This document shows positions 55,321 through 64,000 of a DNA stretch of 64,000 nucleotides, in pieces. Each line of letters begins with the position of its first letter. Positions within the stretch are counted from its first letter, which is position 1. Origin of the DNA: an uncultured bacterium (GTDB lineage: Bacteria > Patescibacteriota > Minisyncoccia > Phycocordibacterales > UBA2100); the NCBI GenBank assembly GCA_903858755.1, contig CAIOKC010000032.1:29930-93929 (forward strand), in the 5' to 3' direction. Position numbers and translations under genes: made by a program. The notes below the pieces were generated by a model. The model saw nothing but the letters and a program-made list of their open reading frames with translations. It searched no databases and had not been told where the DNA came from.

Positions 55321-56073
55321 TTAAAGTATAGCAACGTTTTCCTGCTCATCCGGCGTACGTGCGTGGAATATGTCGAACAATGTGTCGACCGAGGCGATTT
55401 CGGCGGGAGGAATGGGCAGCGCATCTTTCGAAAGGAGTTTCGACTCTTGCCGCGTGCCGCTGCAGTAGTCGTTGAAGCTGGAATACTTGTATGTCTGTAT
55501 GAAGGTTGCCGCGCGCTCTTTCTCCGCGATGCCGTGTTCCCGCCAGCCGGGCTGCAAGAGGTCTAACGGATTCAGGTGTATATATGAGAACAGCCAGCGC
55601 ATGTACTCATCCGAATCTGCGTGCTTTGATCGGAACGGTCGAGCGAACAGCGGTCCGCTCCGCTGGTGTTTTGTGTTGAAGTACATCGAGTACGCGGTCA
55701 TGAGCTTGAGCATGAACTTTGATATGCCTCCCTCGGTGCTCTCACGCAGGGCAAGGTGAATATGATTGGGCATCAGCGCATACCCCATGATTGCCGTGAG
55801 ACGCCCCTCTTCCGGTTTGGACTCGCCTTCTAGCCACTTTATCAAGGGTTCCCCTTGATATTTCTTCAGAGTGTTCGCGACATGGACGGGCTTCTTGCTG
55901 TTGCACAGGAGGAGCAGGAGCATGAATCGGTCATAGTCGCGATTTTCTAGGAATATCGTCCTTTTTTCGACTCCGCGCGTGTACACGTGGTAGTTCTCGC
56001 CCTCTACAAAGGGAACCTTCCTCTCCATGAGGTCATCATAGCGTATTATCAAGGGGACCCCTTGATAATCCAC
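55321..56073 (-). CDS. IS200/RAYT-like HUH Y1 single-strand DNA nuclease/transposase-family protein
   Basis: YHVYTRGVEKRTIFLENRDYDRFMLLL; HUH motif LMPNHIHLAL; YSMYFNTKH; GPLFARPFRSKHADSDEYMRWLFSYIHLNPL, which aligns to TnpA-REP/RAYT (QPRFWEHAIRN...DYIYINPVKHG). No flanking intergenic DNA. Confidence 0.65.
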   Translation of the reverse strand: MDYQGVPLIIRYDDLMERKVPFVEGENYHVYTRGVEKRTIFLENRDYDRFMLLLLLCNSKKPVHVANTLKKYQGEPLIKWLEGESKPEEGRLTAIMGYALMPNHIHLALRESTEGGISKFMLKLMTAYSMYFNTKHQRSGPLFARPFRSKHADSDEYMRWLFSYIHLNPLDLLQPGWREHGIAEKERAATFIQTYKYSSFNDYCSGTRQESKLLSKDALPIPPAEIASVDTLFDIFHARTPDEQENVAIL

Positions 56074-56082
56074 AAGACGAGT

Positions 56083-56631
56083 TTACTGCGGCGATTCGCG
56101 GTACGGATCGTCGTGCACTGATGCGCGCGCCGCCGACGTCTCGCCCGATTTGTATCCTTCGGATACCGGCGCGCGCGCGACCTTTTCGGAAGGGGGCGCC
56201 GCCGGCGGCGTTGCGGGGGCGACGGGCGCTGGCTTCGCAGTATTCGAGAGTATCGCGCCCCGCGCCGCCTCGACGCTACTCACCTTCTCTGCTTGCGCCT
56301 CAGGGTGATCGAGCTCTCGTTCAAGCTCTTGCCGGATTGGTTCGAATACGAGTCTTGATATGTCCGCCGTGAGCGCTTTCGCGGTCTCCGTGTCGACTTT
56401 TACTTCACCCTCAACATTTTTTTGAAGGTCCTCGGAATTCTCAACGCCGAGAAGCGTAAGCATGACCTGGTTCTCCAGAGTCTCCCACTGGTCGAGGTGT
56501 AATTTGTGAACATTCGCAAGTTCTCGCAAGTGCTGCGCCACATCAGCAGACGTTATCGCGTCCTGCACGACTTTTGGCAGCAACTTGAAACGCTCTTGTA
56601 TCAACTGTCCGTACTCGTTGTCGTTGTCCAT
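56083..56631 (-). CDS. Hypothetical protein (T4SS-like operon)
   Basis: 182 aa, acidic N-terminal helical region, Pro/Ala-rich C-terminus. Confidence 0.35.
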   Translation of the reverse strand: MDNDNEYGQLIQERFKLLPKVVQDAITSADVAQHLRELANVHKLHLDQWETLENQVMLTLLGVENSEDLQKNVEGEVKVDTETAKALTADISRLVFEPIRQELERELDHPEAQAEKVSSVEAARGAILSNTAKPAPVAPATPPAAPPSEKVARAPVSEGYKSGETSAARASVHDDPYRESPQ

Positions 56632-56634
56632 ACA

Positions 56635-58893
56635 TTAGTGTCCGTGACCTCCGCCTCCGTGCTCATCGTGTCCTCCTCCTGAGGGTGGTGTCGAGGGTGT
56701 GGTCGGAGTTGCTGGTGCAGCTGCTCCATGTCCTCCTCCGCCAGTCTTATCTTTTAGGTAGTCGGCGATTTTCTTCGCCTCTTTTTTCTCGTGGTGCTCC
56801 CCAACTTCTTTTCGTGTGAGCTGTGCCAATCGGTCGTTATCTTTTGTGCTCAATCCTGTGGCGCGGGCGAGCAGATTCGTATACCGCTTGTGTGCGAGGT
56901 GTTCTCCGAGTTCCGCTTCGGATTTGTATTCTTCTTTCAGTTTGCTGCCCATCGCAAAGAACTGCTTGCCTCTCGCGATGGCATTCGCCTTTGCTTCGTC
57001 CTCGATGTTTTTAATAACAGTGTTTGCGCTGCTGAGTTTTTCAGTCGCGCTCTTGATGCGCTCCTCCTGCTTCCTCAAGTTCGTGTCGTGTTCTTTCACT
57101 TTCTTTTCTGCCGCGGTTTTTGCTGCGCTGTCGCCCGCCCGCTCGGCTTGATTGCGCTCAAACTCCGCTTGTTCGCGGGCCTTCCGCGTCGCGTCGTATT
57201 CTTTTTGTGCGGCGTTTTGGTCGGTCTTGTGAGTATCGGCGGCCTGCGTCGCTTCAGCGTGTCGTCCACCCAGCCCTGCGTTGTTCGAGAGCTCTTTTTT
57301 GATCGCCTGTGCGGTGATTTCACCTTGTTTTTTCCCATCCACGTGCAACATATCCGCTTTCTCCGCGAATTTTTCCGCGCGCCTCTTGAGAGAACCTTCG
57401 AAGCCTTTTACCTCTTTGCCTGCGAGTGTCTTGAGATCCATCCCTGCTGTTTTCGCGATGGCGCCTCCGAGGAGTGGAGTACGAGCGAGGTTCATGTCGG
57501 ATTTTGCTACACTTCTGAATCCTCTCGAACCGAACGAATACAGGGACTGACGAATACTGCCGTCCGGCGCATTTTGCGCGCGCCTCTTCAGTGCCTCACT
57601 TGCGGCAGAACTTCCGCGACCGATGGTCTGTCTGCCGAGTATTCCTGCAAAGCGTGAACCGAGCCCGAGTGCGACGGCAGGGGCAAGCGCCGCTATATTG
57701 AATCCAGAAATTTTCCCGGCGAAGCTGCTCGCGAGCCGGAAAGAGAAGAAGAGCGTGCCCACGCCGATGATGTAGAGGAGGATGGTGGTCCAGCTATCAC
57801 CCGAGAGCTGCTGCCGCGGGTCGCTCACGACGCTGCCGATCGGGGTCTGTGCGACCGCGCCTGCCGCACTCACGATCGCGAGCGATATCGAGAGGAGGAG
57901 CATGAGGAGCGGCGCGAAGATCGCGGCGTTGATGAGCGTCTTCCACCACTCCTTCCACCCGTAGGTGCTATTGGCGAGATTCGGGAGGAGGTATGTCGCA
58001 AACGCGAGCGCCGAAGTGAGCATGAGTACGATGAGGAGCACTCCGCGCGCGGCGATCAAGAAACATCCGTAGAGAATGACGCCAGCGGTCGCGAGAAGCA
58101 TCGCGCCTCCTACAAATCCGAAAAAGAACGCTTGATAGCCGCTCCCCGTCTCTTTGAGAACCTTCTTCGTCGCCTCCCCGGAGTCGTTCCAGATGCTCGT
58201 TATCTTCATCGGAGTGAGAAACGCCTGCGCGATGTCAAATGTCTCAGGCTGCGCCGCCATCTGCTTATAGATGGCGAACGCGGCGAAATTGGAGGCGTCG
58301 ATGATCATTTTCGTAAAGAGCAGGCTGAAATTGATCAAGACTGCGATGATGAGCACGTTTGCGATCAGCTTCTTCTGCCCGAACTCTTTCAGACCGAGGA
58401 TGATCGAGACCGCGATGAACGTGAAGATGCCGATGATGAGAATGTTGGAAAAATCTCTGAAGATGCTCCATGCCTCGGCGATCGCCGGAATGATGCGGAG
58501 TGTATCGAGCGAGTTCCTGAATCCGACAACGATGTGAGATACGAGATTGTCGAAGAGCGTCCCCGCAAGCCGTAGAATCATGGCGCCGAACGCGAGGAAC
58601 CACGAGCCGAGCCAGCTCAGGAAGACGTTGAAACATCCGTTGATGGAAAAGTAGAGTGGATTGATCGAGCACTCCGTGTCGTATGTGTTGACTTTGGGCT
58701 TTGCCGAAGCGGTGCTTGGCGCGGCGCTGCCTGCTCCTGTGGTCGCGGTCGTCTGCGCGAGCGCACTCGGCGCTTTGAGCGATATCGTGTCTGCAGTCAA
58801 CGAGAGCGGCAGCGCCGCGCCCGCCACGCACGTGCTCGCGAGGATGAGAGCGCTCACTAGGTACTGTACAGGTGCATGCGTGCGGCGGGTCAT
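56635..58893 (-). CDS. Polytopic membrane protein with long C-terminal coiled-coil/His-Gly tail; VirB6/TrbL-like candidate
   Basis: 752 aa: signal, about 8 TM helices, then a Lys/Glu-rich coiled coil and GGGGHG tail. Confidence 0.4.
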   Translation of the reverse strand: MTRRTHAPVQYLVSALILASTCVAGAALPLSLTADTISLKAPSALAQTTATTGAGSAAPSTASAKPKVNTYDTECSINPLYFSINGCFNVFLSWLGSWFLAFGAMILRLAGTLFDNLVSHIVVGFRNSLDTLRIIPAIAEAWSIFRDFSNILIIGIFTFIAVSIILGLKEFGQKKLIANVLIIAVLINFSLLFTKMIIDASNFAAFAIYKQMAAQPETFDIAQAFLTPMKITSIWNDSGEATKKVLKETGSGYQAFFFGFVGGAMLLATAGVILYGCFLIAARGVLLIVLMLTSALAFATYLLPNLANSTYGWKEWWKTLINAAIFAPLLMLLLSISLAIVSAAGAVAQTPIGSVVSDPRQQLSGDSWTTILLYIIGVGTLFFSFRLASSFAGKISGFNIAALAPAVALGLGSRFAGILGRQTIGRGSSAASEALKRRAQNAPDGSIRQSLYSFGSRGFRSVAKSDMNLARTPLLGGAIAKTAGMDLKTLAGKEVKGFEGSLKRRAEKFAEKADMLHVDGKKQGEITAQAIKKELSNNAGLGGRHAEATQAADTHKTDQNAAQKEYDATRKAREQAEFERNQAERAGDSAAKTAAEKKVKEHDTNLRKQEERIKSATEKLSSANTVIKNIEDEAKANAIARGKQFFAMGSKLKEEYKSEAELGEHLAHKRYTNLLARATGLSTKDNDRLAQLTRKEVGEHHEKKEAKKIADYLKDKTGGGGHGAAAPATPTTPSTPPSGGGHDEHGGGGHGH

Positions 58894-58894
58894 A

Positions 58895-61015
58895 CTATTT
58901 GATTCTCCACTTCTCCGTCCATGATGCGATCACGCTCTTATCATTCGTATTGCACCATGCGCCTGGGGAATCCGCCCACGATTTCACCGTATCTTCCACG
59001 AGCGTCGCCATCGCGGCGTCGACTTTCGTTTTCTGTTCCACTTTGTTGGTGAGGTCGGGCTTGAGGTGGAGCGCTCGGTCGACCACGAGCGAATCGAGCT
59101 GCTGGAGCGCGAGGCGCTGCGCATTTAAGGATGCGGTATTCGTGATGCTGGTGACGAGATTGGTGATGAGCCGGAGCGCAGTCTGCGATGTCTTGATGTC
59201 GTTGAGCGTTTCCGTCGCGAGCGGCGTTATCTGCGGATCGATGATCGCCTGGGAGTATGCGGTCGATGTCGCCACCTTGAGCTTCGAGCCGACGGGGCAC
59301 GTGATCGTCGTCGGGTTTTGCGTGATCGTGCATGAAGCGAGCTGCGCGGTTTGGATGAAATTGCCGACCGTACAGCTTGCGCCGCCGTTGCCATCGTCGG
59401 TGCAATTGCTGGTGAACGAGATGCAGGTATTGTCGGCGGCGACCGGCGTCGCGCACGTCTTTTGGATGATGGTATTCCAGCACTGCCGCTCGGCGCCCCG
59501 AAGGTCGTTGATCGCTTTCGTGAGCGTTGCGGCGATCTTGTTGACGGTCTCGAGATAGTTTGCCTCCACCTGCCGCGCTTCGTTGAGAATGCTGAGACCT
59601 GTGTTGACGGCGGCGTTCCTCACTCCCTGCGCGGATTCTTTCGCGATCTGGTCAAGGTACGACGTCTGACCGCCGGAAGATCGGGCAAGACCCGTAAGAC
59701 CCTGTGAGTCGGAGAGTACCTGCGTCGTCACGCCTCCGTAGAGCGCGCTGATCATTTGCCCGATATCGTTGGCGCTTTCAAGCTGGCGCACCGGGCTGTC
59801 GAAGAGCGTCTGGAACGATTGCTGGATCGTGATACTCGGCGTGCGGGTCTTGCGTGCAAGCGGATCTGAAGCGCCGTCGGTGCCCGCGTAGTATCCGTTG
59901 CCCCATGACCACTGATTGCGCTGGTACTCGAGCGCTTGCGCGATTTTCCTTCCGACGTAATCCTCGGACAGCAAATACGCGCCCCTAAACGTGCACGCCG
60001 GATTCTCGAGGGCGGTGAGCGCGTCCCAGATCGACTTGTCGGGCGTTCCGTTCCTGACGCTGGCGAGATCGCCTTCGTACGGGCACTTGAGCGCGTTTTC
60101 GGGCGCGCGCGTCTTTGCCTGGTAGCGCTGGGCGAGCGTGCGTATGACGGATGATTTCAGGGTTGGATCGAGAGAATCAAACGCTCCGCTTTCGAGAAGC
60201 GAAAGAAATTGCGGATCCGCGACGTACGTGAGCTCCTCTTGTCCCTGATTTACGACGAATTGCGGATTGCCATCGCGCCCCGTCATGACGCCCGTGTATC
60301 CTTTCTTCAAGAAGGCAGACATCGCCGCCTCGCGCTCGCGATTGATGACTTCGCGCAAGATGCACTCTTTGTATACGAGAACGCCGGTATTGAGCTCGAC
60401 CGCGGCGTCTGCGACCGGTACGTATACGCCGCCGATTGCGCCGAGCGACCCCACACTCATCGCATACGCGCCGTTTTGGTTGCAGTCGAAGATTCCCTGC
60501 CGCTTGAATTGGTAGGGCTCGGAAGAGAGCGGGGGCTGCGTGCTTCCGGTGCCGCTCGTGCCTGCTCCGCCAGTACCCGCGCCGCTGCTTGCACCTGCTC
60601 CGCCAGTACTCGTGCCTCCTCCGCTTGCGCTTCCCGCCCCTGTGGCCGCGGAAGAAAGCGTGGTGGTATTCGCGCTATTTGATTCCGCGGAGACATTTCC
60701 CGCGGCGTCGTATGCGCGAATGCGGTAGGTGTAGCTCGTCGCCGGCTGAAGCCCTGTGTTCTCGAACGAGGTGGTCGTCGATGTCGCCACTTGCGCGAAA
60801 TTCGTCGAAGCGCCGGGCGCGCGGTAGATTTTGTAGCCGACCACGCCGACTTCGTCGGTCGATACGCCCCACGAAAGGTCGATTTCCGTCGATAAGACGC
60901 CGACGATGGTGAGATGTGCGGGTGCGCTCGGCGCGGTCGCATCGGTCGTTTGCGCGCGCGCCGCGAGCGGCACCAATGCCGTGAGTACGAGGAGCGAAGA
61001 GAGAAGTTGCGTCAT
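58895..61015 (-). CDS. Secreted surface protein with N-terminal fibronectin type III domain
   Basis: Signal peptide; FN3 (PSAPAHLTIVGVLSTEIDLSWGVSTDEVGVVGYKIYR...TYRIRAYDAAGNVS); Gly/Ser/Thr linker; large C-terminal domain. Confidence 0.5.
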   Translation of the reverse strand: MTQLLSSLLVLTALVPLAARAQTTDATAPSAPAHLTIVGVLSTEIDLSWGVSTDEVGVVGYKIYRAPGASTNFAQVATSTTTSFENTGLQPATSYTYRIRAYDAAGNVSAESNSANTTTLSSAATGAGSASGGGTSTGGAGASSGAGTGGAGTSGTGSTQPPLSSEPYQFKRQGIFDCNQNGAYAMSVGSLGAIGGVYVPVADAAVELNTGVLVYKECILREVINREREAAMSAFLKKGYTGVMTGRDGNPQFVVNQGQEELTYVADPQFLSLLESGAFDSLDPTLKSSVIRTLAQRYQAKTRAPENALKCPYEGDLASVRNGTPDKSIWDALTALENPACTFRGAYLLSEDYVGRKIAQALEYQRNQWSWGNGYYAGTDGASDPLARKTRTPSITIQQSFQTLFDSPVRQLESANDIGQMISALYGGVTTQVLSDSQGLTGLARSSGGQTSYLDQIAKESAQGVRNAAVNTGLSILNEARQVEANYLETVNKIAATLTKAINDLRGAERQCWNTIIQKTCATPVAADNTCISFTSNCTDDGNGGASCTVGNFIQTAQLASCTITQNPTTITCPVGSKLKVATSTAYSQAIIDPQITPLATETLNDIKTSQTALRLITNLVTSITNTASLNAQRLALQQLDSLVVDRALHLKPDLTNKVEQKTKVDAAMATLVEDTVKSWADSPGAWCNTNDKSVIASWTEKWRIK

Positions 61016-61860
61016 GGCGATTTGCTCTTGTAGTACGCGGTCAGCGCGTTGAACGATGCGAGAATGTCGGTCTCAGCTTCATTATAACTGCGCAGCAGCG
61101 CGACGGTCGCAAACGGATCGTCCGCATGCGCACTCATCGAGTGTAGCGTCGCCGCAAATTTCCCCATCGCGTTCAGTATGGCGACGTGGTACGGTACCGC
61201 ATCTCTTGGCGCGATGACTGAGGCGGTCGCCGATTGCGCGTCGTGGTAGCGCTTCGCGATGTCGTCCAGTTGGGTGAGGTACGCCGCGTCTTTCGTCTGC
61301 ACATAGAGCGCGAATACCTCATACTCCGGTCGAGTGTTGTCGAGAAGCGGAGCGAGGCTTTCTCGGAGATCGCTCCGGTAGGCGAGCATGCGCGCGTATG
61401 AAGTATCTGGGTCGGTGCGGATGTCGGAGGTCTGGTACGCGAGATACTCGACGGGCGCTTTGAGCGCAGACGCGAAATCTTCGGCGGCTTTCTGCGCATC
61501 CTGCGCCGTGTACGAACCATCCTCTTGCATGCCGACGTAGGTTTCGAGGAGCTGATTGATGACGGCTGGTCCGATAAGGCTCACGACGTCGGTCGATGTC
61601 GCTTCCGTCTCTGATCCGAAAGAGGGCGCGTCTTCTTGCGAAGTTGATTCCCCCGCATACGTCGCGACGAACGACGATACCGACTGCTTCTCATGCGCGA
61701 CGCGCCGGATTTCCCAGCCGACGACCGCGAGGAGCGCCGCCACGGAGATCGCGGCGGTGATGACGATAGGAGCAAATCCGTATTCGCGTGCGGGAGACGA
61801 ACTTGCGTCTTTGCAATACCACAAAAGCCCTACGCCCGAACTTGCGCGCATGTTCTTCAC
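61012..61860 (-). CDS. Membrane-anchored hypothetical protein
   Basis: 282 aa, one N-terminal TM, periplasmic domain. Confidence 0.4.
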   Translation of the reverse strand: MKNMRASSGVGLLWYCKDASSSPAREYGFAPIVITAAISVAALLAVVGWEIRRVAHEKQSVSSFVATYAGESTSQEDAPSFGSETEATSTDVVSLIGPAVINQLLETYVGMQEDGSYTAQDAQKAAEDFASALKAPVEYLAYQTSDIRTDPDTSYARMLAYRSDLRESLAPLLDNTRPEYEVFALYVQTKDAAYLTQLDDIAKRYHDAQSATASVIAPRDAVPYHVAILNAMGKFAATLHSMSAHADDPFATVALLRSYNEAETDILASFNALTAYYKSKSP

Positions 61861-61929
61861 TCGTACAGTATACCGCGCGCGTATGCGCGCATACGTCGGA
61901 AAAACGCGGATATGTGTCTTGCAGTGAAT

Positions 61930-62904
61930 CTACAAGCTGATCGGCTTGAACGTGAAGGCGCTGCCGGGGTCGTCGGCTGTGAACGAGACGCCGTATGCTC
62001 CGAATGTGTCGACGAGCGCGACGTAATGCTTGCCGAATGCGTCTGCGGAGGTGTTGTAGACGCCGATCGCCGCGAGGAAATCGCTGTCACTTTCTGCTTT
62101 TGGCACGAGGGCGAGATTCGCGCCGATCTCCATGTAGCTCTCCGCGAGCGCTTTGTTGAGCGCTATCGCAGCTGCGGGGACCGGCTGTATGAGGAGGAGA
62201 CCGCGACCTGTCTCCCAGAGCGCGCGGCTAAGCTGGACGACCGCCGCTCGTTTTGTCTCGTCGTTCCTGTCTTCCAGCCAGTGCTTAAGTACCTGGGACT
62301 GGTCGCGATGCGACTCTTCGAATGATTGTATATATGAGCCTGCTTCGTTGCCGTAGTCGTAGAGTTCTTGCTGGATCTTGCTCCGCTTTTTCACCTGAGT
62401 GGTCGTGGATATGAAGCCCGAGGGTATGAACGAAAACGCTTCTTCAATCGCCGCTCCTGCGCCCGCACTCGGGGTGCGCTGGGAGGCGCCCGAGAGCTCG
62501 GCGATAAACGCATTGAAGTCGAATTCCTCTCCGGTCGGGGTGTACGAATCTCCGCTCGCCGGGGCGGGAGGAATGTATGAGTATGGAAGTGATGTTTGCG
62601 CCGGGGCGGTCATGCCGGGGTCGCGCCCCTCGCCGCCGCTGTATGCGGGGTTGAGCAGGTTGATATTGATGCCGCCCCACGCGGCACCGGAACCTGATGG
62701 TCTGACCGCAGAGCGGGTCGAGACAAAGAGCGCGCCGAGGAGGACGATCGCGCACACGACCGCAAGCACGCTCGTGTAGGGGTGCGCGCGGAACCAATCC
62801 GCTTTCGTGCGCTGCGATACCGCGCCTGGCGGCGGGGTGTGCTCGGGCGTCGGCGCGATCTCGTTGAAGTCGTGTCCCGATATCTTGAATTGGTCCATCA
62901 TCAA
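61930..62904 (-). CDS. Membrane-anchored hypothetical protein
   Basis: 324 aa, N-terminal TM (VLAVVCAIVLLGALFV), Gly/Pro-rich linker, C-terminal globular domain. Confidence 0.4.
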   Translation of the reverse strand: MMMDQFKISGHDFNEIAPTPEHTPPPGAVSQRTKADWFRAHPYTSVLAVVCAIVLLGALFVSTRSAVRPSGSGAAWGGININLLNPAYSGGEGRDPGMTAPAQTSLPYSYIPPAPASGDSYTPTGEEFDFNAFIAELSGASQRTPSAGAGAAIEEAFSFIPSGFISTTTQVKKRSKIQQELYDYGNEAGSYIQSFEESHRDQSQVLKHWLEDRNDETKRAAVVQLSRALWETGRGLLLIQPVPAAAIALNKALAESYMEIGANLALVPKAESDSDFLAAIGVYNTSADAFGKHYVALVDTFGAYGVSFTADDPGSAFTFKPISL

Positions 62905-62953
62905 AAACTATACCATCCCGTTGCGCATCGTATTCACGGTGTACAATATATGG

Positions 62954-63277
62954 ATGCCGATACGCGCCATAGGATTTCTCGCCGGCATCGCGGCGCTCGC
63001 TGCTCCGCTGACCGCGCTCGCTTTTCCGTTCGGCGGTCAGGCGAGCATCGTCGTCCCCTGCTACAATCAGGCGATCTACGCCAATCTCGGTCCTCCGCGC
63101 GGCGGACCGTACGTATGGACTCCCTCGACGCGCACGTACCAATTCGGCGCGCCGACGCACGCAGGACAGTGGCTCTTGGGTCTCGCCGGCGCGCCGTACT
63201 TTTGCGTCGTTTCCAGACAGCCAGTCATCGTCTGGGCAGGTACGTATATAACAATGATGGGCTCAAGTCAGCAATAA
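62954..63277 (+). CDS. Small secreted protein
   Basis: MPIRAIGFLAGIAALAAPLTALAFP... signal peptide; about 108 aa. Confidence 0.35.
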   Translation: MPIRAIGFLAGIAALAAPLTALAFPFGGQASIVVPCYNQAIYANLGPPRGGPYVWTPSTRTYQFGAPTHAGQWLLGLAGAPYFCVVSRQPVIVWAGTYITMMGSSQQ

Positions 63278-64000
63278 TTCTTTCGCGAGGTGTTTCCACT
63301 TCTCAAGCTGTACGTCCTCCGCTCGCGCCTTCTCGTCGATATCGCATGCGACGAGTGCGGCAGCAGCTCTTTCTTTTCCGAACACAGAGGCGAGATTGTT
63401 CAGCAGGAACTTTCGTTTTGAGGCGAATCCCGCGCGGACAACCTTGAAAAAAGATTCTTCGTCAGTCGCCGAGGAGAACGGTCGAGACACGGCGTCGACG
63501 AGCAGAATCGCAGAGTCCACGGAAGGCGGAGGAGAAAAATTGCCTTTCGAGACTTTTGCCACGATGTTCGGCACACCAAACACTTTGACCGAAATAGAAA
63601 GGATGCTTTCTTTGCCGTCCCGCGCGAGGATTCGATCCGCCACTTCTTTTTGGATAAGCAGCGCAAGCGCACGCGGCTGATATGTTGCCGTAAGGAACAT
63701 TCTGATGATTTCACCGGTGATGTAGTACGGAATGTTTGCGGCGACAACGTACTGTTTCATACCAAGTGTTTCGGGAGAAACATCGCGCACGTCGCCGGAG
63801 ACAACGACCAGCTTGCCCGAAGCGACCTCGCGCGCAAATGCTATGCGCAGGCGCTCGACGAGCTTCGTGTCTTTTTCGACCGCGACGACACGCGCGTCTG
63901 TCGCGAGAAGCTCTTTCGTAAGCGCGCCCGCACCGGGACCTATCTCAAGGATTGTCTCGCCGGGGCGTACGGCGATTGCCCCTGTAAGCGCGCGCGCCGC
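63263..64000 (-). CDS. rsmA: 16S rRNA (adenine1518/1519-N6)-dimethyltransferase RsmA/KsgA (N-terminus runs past window end)
   Basis: ...GETILEIGPGAGALTKELLATDARVVAVEKD... (SAM motif), then NIPYYITGEII and the C-terminal domain. Confidence 0.8.
   Translation of the reverse strand, partial: AARALTGAIAVRPGETILEIGPGAGALTKELLATDARVVAVEKDTKLVERLRIAFAREVASGKLVVVSGDVRDVSPETLGMKQYVVAANIPYYITGEIIRMFLTATYQPRALALLIQKEVADRILARDGKESILSISVKVFGVPNIVAKVSKGNFSPPPSVDSAILLVDAVSRPFSSATDEESFFKVVRAGFASKRKFLLNNLASVFGKERAAAALVACDIDEKARAEDVQLEKWKHLAKELLLT

Noticed and set aside
55321-56073. Autonomous IS200/IS605 insertion sequence
   Set aside because: No TnpB partner, no subterminal hairpins, and no intergenic DNA at either end; it appears to be an operon-embedded gene rather than a discrete IS.

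Overview
This 64-kb window is high-GC and gene-dense, with a small-genome bacterial gene content: many core informational genes, type IV pilus genes and large secreted proteins. The overall look is CPR/Patescibacteria-like, but that is an inference from gene content only.

Recognised core genes:
- Partial recO, ileS, argS, tmk, rplK, nusG, secE, rplS, rpsT.
- ruvA, ruvB, ruvC, ruvX, polA, holA-like, tsaE.
- A Mur ligase, PBP1A, and ribH, ribE and a riboflavin kinase.
- The complete replication-origin neighbourhood: dnaN, dnaA, rpmH, rnpA, yidC, jag.
- Eight tRNAs.

Mobile and accessory content:
1. An RT with the DGR-type L-G-N-L-T-S-Q motif and an Avd-like four-helix-bundle ORF, together with an adjacent putative target gene, sit exactly between nusG and rplK, splitting the conserved secE-nusG-rplK cluster. 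I could not find a template repeat by eye.
2. A 98-bp near-perfect direct repeat of the 5' end of a PduO-type adenosyltransferase gene brackets 2.55 kb of cargo next to tRNA-Leu. The cargo is an HExxH secreted protein and a small membrane protein.
3. Three 34-44 bp palindromes share the form ATTAACAAA-N-CGGTCG-N-TTTGTTAAT. Two of them flank a PaaX-like gene.
4. A T4SS-like cluster at 49.4-62.9 kb contains a VirB4 ATPase, a PrgI/VirB3-like protein, a VirB6-like polytopic protein and a VirB2-like pilin candidate. An IS200/RAYT-type HUH Y1 nuclease is embedded in the operon.
5. Dispersed type IV pilus genes are present: pilin, pilM/N/O-like and pilB.
6. Two low-GC islets carry toxin-antitoxin pairs, one RelE/ParE-like and one HicAB-like.
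7. An in-frame TAA splits a secreted repeat protein.
8. An AT-rich oriC candidate lies between dnaA and dnaN.
9. There is a candidate structured ncRNA between pilB and ruvB.

All calls were made by eye from the supplied translations and the sequence. No database searches were run.
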